Shown: positions 11,061 through 20,405, numbered from the stretch's first letter. The stretch is DNA of 64,000 nucleotides from Candidatus Aenigmatarchaeota archaeon (GCA_030670085.1 DAOVCJ010000002.1:4975-68974), one strand, 5' to 3'. Made by a program: numbers and translations. The notes: generated by a model from the sequence alone, not told the origin.

Positions 11061-11858
11061 ATGAAAATACCGGTGTACAGCATGAACGGGAAAGTGAAGG
11101 GGAGCTTAAAGGTAGACAAAGCATTCTCCAACCCCGTTAGAAATGACCTGATTCAGAGGGCAGTCCTGGCAGAGCAGTCAAAGCTCATCCAGGCCTACGG
11201 AAGCGATCCCCAGGCAGGGAAAAGAACATCAGCCCATTACCATGGAAGAAGGGGAAGGAGGATGACCATGATGAACAGGGAGATGGCAAGGATGAAGAGG
11301 ATCCATGGTTCAGGTGGACTTCACATGAGGGCAAGGTTCGTTCCCCAGGCAGTCAAGGGAATGAAGGCCCACCCACCAAAGGCAGGAAAGAAATGGGCCA
11401 TAAAGATAAACAAAAAGGAGAGGATAAAAGCCCTGCTCTCTGCTGCATCAGCATCATCTAAAAAGGAGATGGTTGAGAAGAGAGGCCACATCCTGGATGG
11501 AGTGAAGCATGTCCCGCTGGTGATTGAGGACAAGATGCAGGACCTGAAAAAGGTCAAGGAGATCAAAGAGGTCCTGGAAAAGCTCGGCCTGAAAAAGGAA
11601 CTGGAAAGAGTGAAGGAAAGGAAGGTGAGAGCAGGCAGGGGAACTGCAAGGGGGAGGAAGTACAGAGTAAAGAAAGGACCCCTTCTTGTGGTAGGAAAAG
11701 ACGGAGGAATCACAAAGGCCGTTCGGAACCTGGCAGGGGTTGATATTGTTGAGGCGGACAACCTTAACGTCTCGATGCTTGCGCCCGGGACACAGCCGGG
11801 CAGATTATGCTTATGGACTGAATCAGCTGTAAAGAAGATGGAGACCCTGGGAGACTGA
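11061..11858 (+). CDS. rpl4: 50S ribosomal protein uL4
   Basis: VRNDLIQRAV, AGKRTSA, KAHPPK, LAPGTQPGRL. Confidence 0.96.
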   Translation: MKIPVYSMNGKVKGSLKVDKAFSNPVRNDLIQRAVLAEQSKLIQAYGSDPQAGKRTSAHYHGRRGRRMTMMNREMARMKRIHGSGGLHMRARFVPQAVKGMKAHPPKAGKKWAIKINKKERIKALLSAASASSKKEMVEKRGHILDGVKHVPLVIEDKMQDLKKVKEIKEVLEKLGLKKELERVKERKVRAGRGTARGRKYRVKKGPLLVVGKDGGITKAVRNLAGVDIVEADNLNVSMLAPGTQPGRLCLWTESAVKKMETLGD

Positions 11859-11859
11859 T

Positions 11860-12177
11860 ATGGCAGAAAAAAAGAAGGAAGTGAAAAGAGAGAAGGAGAA
11901 AGCGACGGAAGCGAAACAGGATCCCTGGAAGGTCCTGATGTATCCCCAGCTTGCAGAGAAATCCATGAACATGGTGGAACTCGAGAACAAGCTGGTTTTC
12001 ATAGTTAATAAGAATGCGAAAAAAGAACAGATAAAGGAAGCTGTCGAAAAACAGTTCAATGTAAGGGTTATCAAGATAAATGTTGAGATAACAAGGAAGG
12101 GTGAGAAGAAGGCCTACGTAAAACTCCATCCGGATGATTCAGCAGCGGACATAGCCTCAAGGATGGGAATGTTATAA
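11860..12177 (+). CDS. rpl23: 50S ribosomal protein uL23
   Basis: EKSM, NKLVFIV, KKAYVKL. Confidence 0.96.
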   Translation: MAEKKKEVKREKEKATEAKQDPWKVLMYPQLAEKSMNMVELENKLVFIVNKNAKKEQIKEAVEKQFNVRVIKINVEITRKGEKKAYVKLHPDDSAADIASRMGML

Positions 12178-12193
12178 GCGAAGGTGAAAGAGT

Positions 12194-12862
12194 ATGGGAA
12201 AGAGAATCATACAGCAGAGGAGAGGAAAGGGTTCCCCAACTTACAGGGCACCCCCGTACAAGTTCAGACCCAGCCTTAAGTATAAGAACCAACTTGGAAG
12301 GGTTGTGGATATAGTTAATGATAGGATCAGGAATTCCCCCTTGGCAGAGATTAAGTATTCAGACAGGAGCAAGGGCTACATAATTGCTCCTGAGGGAATA
12401 AGGGTTGGGGATTCGATAGAAAGATTCGTAGTGCTGCTTTCCCGGGTAACAGAGGGGATGCAGATATCAGCAATAGAAACCTCTCCGAATTCAGGACCAA
12501 AGCTTTGCAGGACACCCGGATCATTCGCCACCATGGTATCCAGGGGAAAGAAGGAGTGCATAATCCAGCTCCCCTCCAAGAAAAAGAAAAAGCTGAATCC
12601 GAACTGCAGGGTTATTGTAGGGATTCCTGCAGGAGAGGGGAGAAGGGAGAAGCCGTTTGTGAAGGCAGGAAAGAAGTGGATTGCAATGCATGCGAGAGGA
12701 AAGCTCTACCCCAGAACATCAGGGGTAGCAATGAATGTTGTTGATCACCCGTTCGGTGGTGGTTACAGCGGTCTTGGAAAGCAAAAGACAGTGTCAAGGC
12801 ACACCCCACCAGGAAGGAAGGTGGGTTCGATATCACCAAGGAGAACCGGTAAAAAAAGATAG
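12194..12862 (+). CDS. rpl2: 50S ribosomal protein uL2
   Basis: MGKRIIQQRRG, GVAMNVVDHPFGGG, PPGRKVG. Confidence 0.97.
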   Translation: MGKRIIQQRRGKGSPTYRAPPYKFRPSLKYKNQLGRVVDIVNDRIRNSPLAEIKYSDRSKGYIIAPEGIRVGDSIERFVVLLSRVTEGMQISAIETSPNSGPKLCRTPGSFATMVSRGKKECIIQLPSKKKKKLNPNCRVIVGIPAGEGRREKPFVKAGKKWIAMHARGKLYPRTSGVAMNVVDHPFGGGYSGLGKQKTVSRHTPPGRKVGSISPRRTGKKR

Positions 12863-12877
12863 GAGAAAAGATTGTAA

Positions 12878-12953
12878 CCCGACTTGGAAAGTTGGATTGA
12901 CGGATTGGTTATATTGGTTCAATCCGTCGAATTGGAGGTTGATAAAAGTCGGG
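12878..12953 (+). repeat. Nested hairpin elements (outer copy interrupted by inner copy 12899..12928)
   Basis: CCCGACTT...[GACGGATT-GGTTATATTGGTTC-AATCCGTC]...AAGTCGGG; 76 nt = 30+46. Confidence 0.82.
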
Positions 12954-12964
12954 AGGAGTATGGT

Positions 12965-13345
12965 ATGGCAGAATTCAAGATGAGAGGAAAAGGCATGGAG
13001 GAAATAAAGGGAATGGGTCTGGATGAATTCAGGGATATCATTAGATCCAGGGAAAGAAGGGTCTTGAAGAGGGGACTGACAGAGTACCAGAAAAAACTGC
13101 TCAAGAAGATAAAGAGGGATCCCAAGAAGTTCCACAGAACGAAATGCAGGGACATGGTTATAATACCCGAGATGCTTGGAATAAAAATAGGGGTTTACAA
13201 CGGAAAGGAGTACAGAATATTGGAGATAATACCCGAGATGCTGGGACACAGACTGGGTGAATTCGCATTGACAAGGAAGCATGTTAAACACTCTGCTCCA
13301 GGTTTTGGTGCAACCAAGTCAAGCAAATTCGTTCCATTAAAGTAA
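12965..13345 (+). CDS. rps19: 30S ribosomal protein uS19
   Basis: RDMVIIPEM, LGHRLGEFALTRK, GATKSSKFVPLK; start at MAEF. Confidence 0.96.
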   Translation: MAEFKMRGKGMEEIKGMGLDEFRDIIRSRERRVLKRGLTEYQKKLLKKIKRDPKKFHRTKCRDMVIIPEMLGIKIGVYNGKEYRILEIIPEMLGHRLGEFALTRKHVKHSAPGFGATKSSKFVPLK

Positions 13346-13354
13346 GGTGATTAA

Positions 13355-13738
13355 ATGAATAGATATGCATATAATCCGGACCCGAAAAAGTCTGCAAAGG
13401 TATTTGGAAGAGGATCCAGGATATCCCAGAGGTCATCAAATGTAGTGTGCTCCAGGATAAGCGGAATGAGCCTGGACAAGGGCAGGAGTTTCCTGATGAA
13501 CCTTCTGATACAGAAGGAGAGTATTGGTGGCAAATACTACACCAATGTCACAAAGGAACTTCTGAACCTTCTGAGGTCTGCAGAAAGCAATGCAGAGTTC
13601 AAGGGCCTGGACCCTGGAAAACTCATGATCCATGCATCCGCTCACACCGGATTTACATTCTACAGGCCCAGGAACTGGAAGAGGAGAATGGAGAAGAGAA
13701 AGATCACGAACGTACAGCTCGTGCTGGAGGAGAGATGA
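13355..13738 (+). CDS. rpl22: 50S ribosomal protein uL22
   Basis: SAESNAEFKGLD, operon position. Confidence 0.93.
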   Translation: MNRYAYNPDPKKSAKVFGRGSRISQRSSNVVCSRISGMSLDKGRSFLMNLLIQKESIGGKYYTNVTKELLNLLRSAESNAEFKGLDPGKLMIHASAHTGFTFYRPRNWKRRMEKRKITNVQLVLEER

Positions 13739-13739
13739 T

Positions 13740-14558
13740 ATGTTGAAAGACTACTTCGTAAAGCAGGGGATAAAGGAAGTGGAGATAGAGAAGTTCATAA
13801 GGACACGGTTCCCTTACGGTGATTACTCCAAGACAGAACTTCAGAGAACGCCCCTCGGAATAAAAATCATAATATACACAAACAAGCCCGGAAGGATCAT
13901 AGGCCGCGGGGGTAAAAACATAAATGAGATAACAGAGATGATAAAGAAGAAGTTCGGTTTTGAGAACCCACAGATTGATGTCAAGGCAGTGAGGAATCCC
14001 AACCTTGACCCCAGGATAGTAGCGAAACAGATAGCCTCCGCACTTGAGAGGGGGTACAACTACAAGAAGATAGGAAACCTCTCCATGAAGAGGGTTATGG
14101 AGTCTGGAGCGATAGGAGTGGAGATAATTATATCCGGAAGGCTTGGTGGCGGTGGAGGAAAGAGCATGACAGGAAAATTCATTACCGGTTACCTGAAGCA
14201 CTGCGGGCAACCCGCGAAAGACCTGGTGGATTATGGGTTTGAGGAGGCCAACACAAAGCCCGGGAAGATAGGGATAAAAGTCAGGATAATGAAGGAATTC
14301 ATGGACATATCGGGTGAGATAAGGAAAACCTTGGAACCGGAAGAGGAGATAGAGAAACCGAAGGAAGAGGAGCCCGAAAAGAAGGAGGAAAAGAAACCCG
14401 AGAAAAAACCCACGAAAAAACCCGCAAAGAAACCAAAGAAGACTGAAAAGAAATCCACGAAGAAACCAAAGAAAACAGAAAAACCCAAGAAAGTGAAAAA
14501 ACCGAAGAAGAAAACCACAAAGAAACAAAAGCCCGGAAAGAGGGCAAAAAAGAAGTGA
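13740..14558 (+). CDS. rps3: 30S ribosomal protein uS3 with K/P-rich C-terminal tail
   Basis: KH motif PGRIIGRGG, GVEIIISGRL, GKIGIKVRI. Confidence 0.96.
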   Translation: MLKDYFVKQGIKEVEIEKFIRTRFPYGDYSKTELQRTPLGIKIIIYTNKPGRIIGRGGKNINEITEMIKKKFGFENPQIDVKAVRNPNLDPRIVAKQIASALERGYNYKKIGNLSMKRVMESGAIGVEIIISGRLGGGGGKSMTGKFITGYLKHCGQPAKDLVDYGFEEANTKPGKIGIKVRIMKEFMDISGEIRKTLEPEEEIEKPKEEEPEKKEEKKPEKKPTKKPAKKPKKTEKKSTKKPKKTEKPKKVKKPKKKTTKKQKPGKRAKKK

Positions 14559-14607
14559 CGTTTTAGAGATAAATTTAAATATAACCCATAAATAATAAAT
14601 CAAGCTT

Positions 14608-14817
14608 ATGGCTATTCTAAGATCCAAGGATATAAGGAAACTCAGTGAAAAGGAACTGGAAAAAAAGATGGATGAGCTGAGGTTGGAGCTTGCAAAGGAA
14701 AAGGCAAACATATCTATAGGCGCTTCGGTTACTTCTCCAGGCAGAATAAAGGAGATAAGAAAGACCATAGCAAGGATTCTAAGCGTGAAGAAGGAGAAAT
14801 CCAAAGGAGGAAGTTAA
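14608..14817 (+). CDS. rpl29: 50S ribosomal protein uL29
   Basis: PGRIKEIRKTIARILS. Confidence 0.95.
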   Translation: MAILRSKDIRKLSEKELEKKMDELRLELAKEKANISIGASVTSPGRIKEIRKTIARILSVKKEKSKGGS

Positions 14818-14821
14818 TATA

Positions 14822-15127
14822 ATGAATAAGATATGTGATAAGTGCGGGTTGCCCGAGTCTCTTTGTGTTTGTGAGACAATAGCAAAGGAAAAGGAAAAAA
14901 TAAGGGTATTGACCATAAGAAGAAGATATGGAAAGGTCATAACCCTGGTTGAGGGTATAGAAAAGGACGCAGACCCCAAATCGGTTCTTAAGGAATTGAA
15001 GACCAAGCTGGCCTGCGGGGGGACTATAAAGGAAAAGACAATAGAGCTGCAGGGCAATCATAAAGAAAGGGTAAAGGATATCCTCGTTAAGCTTGGATTC
15101 CCAGAAGACCAGATTGAGATTACCTAA
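14822..15127 (+). CDS. sui1: Translation initiation factor aIF1 (SUI1)
   Basis: CGLPESLCVC, RRYGK, LACGGT, IELQGNH. Confidence 0.96.
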   Translation: MNKICDKCGLPESLCVCETIAKEKEKIRVLTIRRRYGKVITLVEGIEKDADPKSVLKELKTKLACGGTIKEKTIELQGNHKERVKDILVKLGFPEDQIEIT

Positions 15128-15141
15128 ACCCGCACCGAATC

Positions 15142-15423
15142 ATGATGATAACCCCGGAGAACCTTGTCAGGCACGAGCTGATAGGTTTATCTGTAAAAAT
15201 CATAAAATCCACAGATCCGAGCAATGTAGGAATAGAGGGCAGGGTCGTGGACGAGACCCGAAACACGATAGTTATCGAAACGAAAAAAAGACGAAAAAGT
15301 TTCATAAAGGAAAAATGCGTTTTCTCTTTCCTGCTACCAACCGGGGAGAGAGTAAATGTTGACGGAAGGGTCCTGATTGCAAGACCCGAGGACAGAATAA
15401 AAAAGAAGCTGAAACAGTGGTAA
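15142..15423 (+). CDS. rnp1: RNase P protein component 1 (Rpp29/Pop4)
   Basis: HELIGL, GRVVDETRN, RPEDRIKK. Confidence 0.95.
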   Translation: MMITPENLVRHELIGLSVKIIKSTDPSNVGIEGRVVDETRNTIVIETKKRRKSFIKEKCVFSFLLPTGERVNVDGRVLIARPEDRIKKKLKQW

Positions 15424-15466
15424 AATAAAGTATTTAAAACCCACCTTTTATATAATTAACAAAGCT

Positions 15467-15532
15467 GAGTTACCCACTCCTCTGCTGCGGCAGGGGAAAG
15501 GTAGAGAGGCTGCGGTTTCTCTCGGGTAATTC
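15467..15532 (+). promoter_or_regulatory. Structured three-way-junction leader upstream of rps17
   Basis: GAGTTACCC/GGGTAATTC stem enclosing two hairpins, each capped by C-UGCG-G; TATA-like sequence upstream. Confidence 0.6.
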
Positions 15533-15543
15533 GTCGTGATAGT

Positions 15544-15975
15544 ATGCCTAAGGAAAAATCCAGAAAAAAGACTGAAAGGGGAAGGAAAAAACCCACGGAA
15601 AAGCCCAGTGCGGAGAAGATAGAAAAGAAAGAAGTAAAGAAGAAGGGAGTGAAGACGATAGGACTGGAGATAACCCCCCCTGAGAAAACATGCGAGGATA
15701 TCAGGTGTCCCTGGCACGGGAAGATCTCGATAAGAGGCAGGGCATTCAAAGGCGTGGTAACGTCCGCAAAGGCTCATGCAACAGCGGTTGTTGAGTGGGG
15801 ATACCATCACTACTTCCCGAAGTACGAGAGGTACGAGAGGAGGAAATCCAGGGTGATTGCACACAACCCCCCATGCATACGTGCAAGGGAGGGTGACGAG
15901 GTAATGATCGCGGAGTGCAGACCTCTCTCGAAAACGAAACGCTTCGTGGTGGTAGGGCTACTGAAGAAGGGATGA
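15544..15975 (+). CDS. rps17: 30S ribosomal protein uS17
   Basis: CPWHG, KYERYERR, ECRPLSKTK. Confidence 0.97.
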   Translation: MPKEKSRKKTERGRKKPTEKPSAEKIEKKEVKKKGVKTIGLEITPPEKTCEDIRCPWHGKISIRGRAFKGVVTSAKAHATAVVEWGYHHYFPKYERYERRKSRVIAHNPPCIRAREGDEVMIAECRPLSKTKRFVVVGLLKKG

Positions 15976-15979
15976 TATT

Positions 15980-16378
15980 ATGAAAGCGATACCAACCAAG
16001 ATCATAAAGGCGTTACCTGTCGGAGCGATAATAACCTGCGCTGACAACACCGGAGCCAAGGAGATCCAGATAATCTCTGTCAAGGGTTTCAAGGGAACCA
16101 GGAGGACCAAGCCCTGTGCAGGTGTTGCGGACTTCGTGACCTGCAGGGTCTACAAGGGAGACGAGAAGGTCAGGCACGAGATTCACAAGGCTGTCATAAT
16201 AAGGCAGAGGAAGGAATACAGGAGGCCAGACGGCATGAGGATAAGCTTTGAGGACAATGCTGCTGTCCTGGTCACTGACAAGGGCGAAGCAAGGGGAAGC
16301 ACCATAAAGGGGCCTGTTGCAAAGGAAGCGGTCCAGAGGTTTTCCACGATAGGTAAGATCGCAAAAATGGTGGTTTGA
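15980..16378 (+). CDS. rpl14: 50S ribosomal protein uL14
   Basis: CADNTGAK, FEDNAAV, GPVAKEA. Confidence 0.97.
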   Translation: MKAIPTKIIKALPVGAIITCADNTGAKEIQIISVKGFKGTRRTKPCAGVADFVTCRVYKGDEKVRHEIHKAVIIRQRKEYRRPDGMRISFEDNAAVLVTDKGEARGSTIKGPVAKEAVQRFSTIGKIAKMVV

Positions 16379-16882
16379 GTGAAGAAGGATTGGTCAAGGA
16401 ACTGGGTGAAGTCGGTGCAGCCGAGGAAGCAGAGGAAGTACAGACACAACGCTCCATTACATGTAAGGCATAAGTTTTTGTCCGCGAATCTTTCCCCAGA
16501 ACTGAGGAGGAGGTTCGAAAAGAGATCGATGCCGGTCAGGAAGGGAGACGAGGTAGAGGTCATGAGGGGATCTTCCAAGGGATTGAGGGGAACGGTCAAC
16601 AGGGTTGATGTGAAGAAATGCAGGATTTATGTTGAAGAGATCAAGGTGAAAAAAGTTGATGGTTCCGAGATTATGAAGTCACTTCAGCCATCAAATCTCA
16701 GAATAGTAAAACTCAGTCTCGATGACAAGATGAGGCAGAGGGTTTTTGAAAGGACAGAAGAGAAACCGAAGGAAGAAAAGCCCGAAAAAAAGGAGGAAAA
16801 GAAACCCAAAAAGAAAGAAGAAAAAAAGGAGAAGAAAAAGAAAGAAAAGAAAAAGGAAAGGAGAAAGAAGGAGAAAAAGTGA
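16379..16882 (+). CDS. rpl24: 50S ribosomal protein uL24 with K/E-rich tail
   Basis: QPRKQRK, VRKGDEVEVMRG, QPSNL. Confidence 0.96.
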   Translation: MKKDWSRNWVKSVQPRKQRKYRHNAPLHVRHKFLSANLSPELRRRFEKRSMPVRKGDEVEVMRGSSKGLRGTVNRVDVKKCRIYVEEIKVKKVDGSEIMKSLQPSNLRIVKLSLDDKMRQRVFERTEEKPKEEKPEKKEEKKPKKKEEKKEKKKKEKKKERRKKEKK

Positions 16883-16886
16883 TAGC

Positions 16887-17564
16887 ATGCCGCATTTGAA
16901 AAGGTATTCGATGCCGAGATTTTGGCCCCTAGCAAAGAAGGGGAACATTTTCGCAATTAAACCAATGCCCGGGCCGCACCCGAAAGATAATTGCATACCG
17001 CTCCAGGTCATACTCAGGGATGTCCTTAGATACGCTGAAAATGCCAAAGAGGCAAGAAAGGTTCTAAGGGGTGGAAAAATTCTGGTTGACAAAAAGGTGA
17101 GAAAGGATCCCAAATTCCCTGTCGGCCTTATGGATGTTATCGAGATCCCTGAAGCAAAGCAATACTTCAGGATTACTGTCAACACAAGGGGCCTTTTACT
17201 GAAGGATATAACTGAGAAGGATGCGGACAAGAAGCTCTGCAGGATAAACGGGAAGGTCACTGTTAAGGGAGGCCTGTATCAGTTGAATCTGCACGACGGG
17301 AGAAACATACTGGTTAAAGAGGATGTTTACAATGTTGGCGATTCTGTTGTGATTTCAGTACCCGATCAGAAGGTTCTGAAACACTACAAGTTTGGGAAGG
17401 GTGAAAAAGCGATGGTTGTTGCTGGAAGGAACATTGGTGTAAAGGGAAAGATAAGGGACATCCGGGAGAAAAAGAACATGCTGGAAAAAGCGATGGTTGT
17501 ACTTGAAACCAAGGGAGGAGAAATTCAAACCCTGAGGGATTACCTCCTGATAGGCGAGGTATAA
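16887..17564 (+). CDS. rps4e: 30S ribosomal protein eS4
   Basis: HLKR, PGPH, FPVGLMDVI, LHDGRN. Confidence 0.96.
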   Translation: MPHLKRYSMPRFWPLAKKGNIFAIKPMPGPHPKDNCIPLQVILRDVLRYAENAKEARKVLRGGKILVDKKVRKDPKFPVGLMDVIEIPEAKQYFRITVNTRGLLLKDITEKDADKKLCRINGKVTVKGGLYQLNLHDGRNILVKEDVYNVGDSVVISVPDQKVLKHYKFGKGEKAMVVAGRNIGVKGKIRDIREKKNMLEKAMVVLETKGGEIQTLRDYLLIGEV

Positions 17565-17580
17565 GGGGATAAAGTGAAAG

Positions 17581-17657
17581 CCCGCATCGGAATAACTTGA
17601 GAGGCGGCTTAATTCGATTAACTAAAGTCGCCATGCGATTCGTTGAACAAATGCGGG
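17581..17657 (+). repeat. Nested hairpin elements (outer copy interrupted by inner copy 17603..17632)
   Basis: CCCGCATC...[GGCGGCTT-AATTCGATTAACTA-AAGTCGCC]...AATGCGGG; 77 nt = 30+47. Confidence 0.78.
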
Positions 17658-17667
17658 AGGTGATGAT

Positions 17668-18180
17668 ATGAACAAGATGAGAGAGATAAGGCTTGAGAAA
17701 CTGACCCTGAACATGGGGGCAGGGGAATCCGGTCCCAAGGTAGAGAAATCAAAAACAATAATGGAAAAGATCACAGGGAAAAGGGTTGTGATAACAAAGA
17801 CCCAGAAAAGAACGACATTTGGGATGGCACAGAAAAGAAACATAGGAATCAAGGTAACCCTTAGGGGGAAAGAAGCGAAGGATCTGCTCAAGAGACTTCT
17901 GGAAGCAGTGGAGAACAAACTCAAGCCGTCACAATTCGATTCCAGCGGGAATTTTTCCTTCGGCGTTCATGAGTACATACACATACCCGGGATTAAGTAT
18001 GATCCCGATGTCGGAATACTGGGAATGGATGTATGCGTTACCCTGGAGAGACCCGGCTTCAGGGTCAAGAGAAAAAGCATAAGGCCCGGTAAGGTTGGTA
18101 AAAAACACAGGATAACACCCGCTGAGTCAATGGAGTGGACTAAAAAGGAATTCGGGGTCGAGGTGAAAGAGGAGGAATAG
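17668..18180 (+). CDS. rpl5: 50S ribosomal protein uL5
   Basis: [27 protein letters not shown]. Confidence 0.97.
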   Translation: MNKMREIRLEKLTLNMGAGESGPKVEKSKTIMEKITGKRVVITKTQKRTTFGMAQKRNIGIKVTLRGKEAKDLLKRLLEAVENKLKPSQFDSSGNFSFGVHEYIHIPGIKYDPDVGILGMDVCVTLERPGFRVKRKSIRPGKVGKKHRITPAESMEWTKKEFGVEVKEEE

Positions 18181-18181
18181 T

Positions 18182-18403
18182 ATGTCGTACGAGAGGGTCA
18201 GAAAGCAGATAGAGGGAAAGCCAACCAAGCTTGCAAGATACGAGAAGTTCAACAAGTCCAAAGAGAGGAAGTTCGGAAAAGGAGTTCACAAGTGCAGGAA
18301 GTGCGGAAGGACAGGAGGCCTGATAAGGAAGTATGGTCTGCTGTACTGCAGGCAGTGTTTCAGGGAGGATGCAGAAAAACTCGGGTTTAGGAAATATTCC
18401 TAG
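18182..18403 (+). CDS. rps14: 30S ribosomal protein uS14 (zinc-binding)
   Basis: CRKCG...CRQCFRE...LGFRKY. Confidence 0.96.
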   Translation: MSYERVRKQIEGKPTKLARYEKFNKSKERKFGKGVHKCRKCGRTGGLIRKYGLLYCRQCFREDAEKLGFRKYS

Positions 18404-18411
18404 GTGATAGA

Positions 18412-18798
18412 ATGAGACATGATTTGCTGGCTGATACATTTTCCATAATAAAGAACACCGAAGAAATAGGAAGGCACGTCTGCGTTACACCAGCCTCCAA
18501 ACTTATAGAGGGGGTTCTGAAGGTGATGCAGAGACACAAGTACATAGGAAATTATGAACTTATAGAAGATGGAAAGGGAGGAAAGTTCAAGGTTTACCTG
18601 CTCGGCAGAATAAATGACTGTGGGGTTTCAAAGCCGAGGTTTTCGATAGGTAGAAGAGATGTTACAAAATGGGAGAAGAAGTTCCTCCCGGCTGACAACA
18701 TAGGGATTCTCATACTGACAACCTCAAAGGGTGTCATGGACCAGAAAGAGGCGACAAAGAAGAATACAGGAGGGAAGCTTCTGGGATATGTTTACTAG
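18412..18798 (+). CDS. rps8: 30S ribosomal protein uS8
   Basis: KPRF, LTTSKGVM, GGKLLGYVY. Confidence 0.96.
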   Translation: MRHDLLADTFSIIKNTEEIGRHVCVTPASKLIEGVLKVMQRHKYIGNYELIEDGKGGKFKVYLLGRINDCGVSKPRFSIGRRDVTKWEKKFLPADNIGILILTTSKGVMDQKEATKKNTGGKLLGYVY

Positions 18799-19080
18799 GT
18801 GGTGCTAATGACTCTGAGCAAACAGATAAAGGATGCGATAAAAAACGAGAAACTAATAATAGGAAGCAGGACAGTACTCAAGAATCTGAAAAACGAAATG
18901 TTGGATTCCGTAGTCTACGCATCCAACTACCCTGGTGGGATGATAAAGGACCTGAATCATTACTCCAAGGTCTCGGGCGTAAAGCTTGAGGAGTTCAATG
19001 GAAATTCAGTCCAGCTAGGGGAACTCTGCGGTAAACCGTTCAGAATCCTGATAGTTGGAGTGAAGAAGGCTAAGAAATAA
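18799..19080 (+). CDS. rpl30e: 50S ribosomal protein eL30
   Basis: LIIGSRTVLK, LGELCGKPF. Confidence 0.93.
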   Translation: MVLMTLSKQIKDAIKNEKLIIGSRTVLKNLKNEMLDSVVYASNYPGGMIKDLNHYSKVSGVKLEEFNGNSVQLGELCGKPFRILIVGVKKAKK

Positions 19081-19143
19081 ATACTAAATGTGCAACAGTA
19101 ACATAAATAAAATCAGAACATAAATATAAACGAAGTTGATAAA

Positions 19144-19548
19144 ATGGCTGTAAAACTCGGGATTGAAAGTATAAGAACAATTGCACTATTCGAGAAGATA
19201 ACGAATGTGCATGCAAGGGACTGTCTGATTACAGAGGACTGTGTTTACTTCCTCGTGAAACCCGAGAAGATAGGTCTGGCCATAGGGAAAAACGGGGCAG
19301 TTATAAAGGGGGTAAGGAAAATCCTGGGAAGGCAGGTTAAGCTTTTCGGGTACTACGACAAACCCGAGGATATGATAAAAAACATGGTACCGAACATAAA
19401 GAACATGACTTTCAACGATGGTAATATGATAATATCAATACCGTCACAGGACAAGGTTGCTGTTATCGGCAAGAACGGAAGGAACATAAAGGCAATAAAA
19501 GAGATCATGAAAAGGCATTTTTCAATAAACTATTTGAAATTAAGGTAG
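19144..19548 (+). CDS. nusA: Archaeal NusA (two KH domains)
   Basis: AIGKNG twice; follows rpl30e. Confidence 0.93.
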   Translation: MAVKLGIESIRTIALFEKITNVHARDCLITEDCVYFLVKPEKIGLAIGKNGAVIKGVRKILGRQVKLFGYYDKPEDMIKNMVPNIKNMTFNDGNMIISIPSQDKVAVIGKNGRNIKAIKEIMKRHFSINYLKLR

Positions 19549-19557
19549 GTGCGTGTT

Positions 19558-20337
19558 ATGAAAATTAAGGTAATCAGGAAGAAGGGTGACGTGTTGACCT
19601 TTCTACTGAAGGATTCAACCCCTGCATTTGCGAATGCTCTCAGGAGGATAATGATATCCGAGGTTCCCACACTAGCGATAAAGTGGGTTGACTTCCATGA
19701 CAATTCCTCTGTCCTCTTCGATGAGATAATTGCACACAGGCTCGGCATGATTCCCTTGAAGTTTGACCCCAGCAAGTTCAACCTACCTGATGAGTGCAGG
19801 TGCGGCGGAAAGGGATGTCCCTTGTGCCAGGTTGTTTTTGCTCTTCAGAAGACAGGTCCTGGAGTGGCTCATTCAAGTGATCTTAAATCCTCAAACAGGT
19901 ATGTTAAACCAACGGATACCAGATTTCCCATTGTCGAGCTCCTCAAGGGACAGAACATAAAGTTTGAGGCCATTGCCCGTTTGAATACAGGGAAGAAGCA
20001 TGCGAAATGGCAGGCAGCAAACGCAAGCTACCAGTACTACCCTGATATAATTTCCGGGGACTGCAAGAATGCGAGCAAGGTTGTCTCCGAGTGCCCGACA
20101 GGAGCCCTGAAACTCAAATACAAAAAGGTTGATTTCAAGGACCCATTACTTTGCAACCTCTGCAAAAAGTGCGAGGAGGTCTGCAGCGGTAATCTGAAAA
20201 TCAGGGGAGACCCCACAAGGTTCTTGTTCAGGGTTGAAACTATATCCGGTCTGGAACCCGCGTACATTGTCCAAAAAGCCGCTGAAATTCTGGAGAAGAA
20301 GGCAGAAGAGTTTAAAAAGAGCGCGGGTAAATTATAA
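19558..20337 (+). CDS. rpoD: RNA polymerase subunit Rpo3 (D) with Fe-S domain
   Basis: ANALRRIMISEVP, DEIIAHRLGMIP, HAKWQ, CNLCKKC. Confidence 0.96.
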   Translation: MKIKVIRKKGDVLTFLLKDSTPAFANALRRIMISEVPTLAIKWVDFHDNSSVLFDEIIAHRLGMIPLKFDPSKFNLPDECRCGGKGCPLCQVVFALQKTGPGVAHSSDLKSSNRYVKPTDTRFPIVELLKGQNIKFEAIARLNTGKKHAKWQAANASYQYYPDIISGDCKNASKVVSECPTGALKLKYKKVDFKDPLLCNLCKKCEEVCSGNLKIRGDPTRFLFRVETISGLEPAYIVQKAAEILEKKAEEFKKSAGKL

Positions 20338-20354
20338 AATAGAGCAACACGAGA

Positions 20355-20384
20355 CCCGACCTGGATCGATTGCATTAAGTCGGG
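20355..20384 (+). repeat. 30-nt hairpin element copy
   Basis: CCCGACCT-GGATCGATTGCATT-AAGTCGGG between rpoD and a small membrane gene. Confidence 0.82.
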
Positions 20385-20405
20385 ATACGAAAAAAGGGGA
20401 TTGGA

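Noticed and set aside
12884..12964. N-terminal extension of uS19 from a TTG start
   Set aside because: It starts inside the nested element; ATG 12965 has a GGAGG RBS and gives normal length.
13704..14804. 366-aa Phe-rich antisense ORF and similar shadow ORFs
   Set aside because: Reverse complement of K/E-rich genes; no independent coding evidence.
15467..15532. RNase P RNA next to rnp1
   Set aside because: Too short and lacks the conserved P4 sequences.
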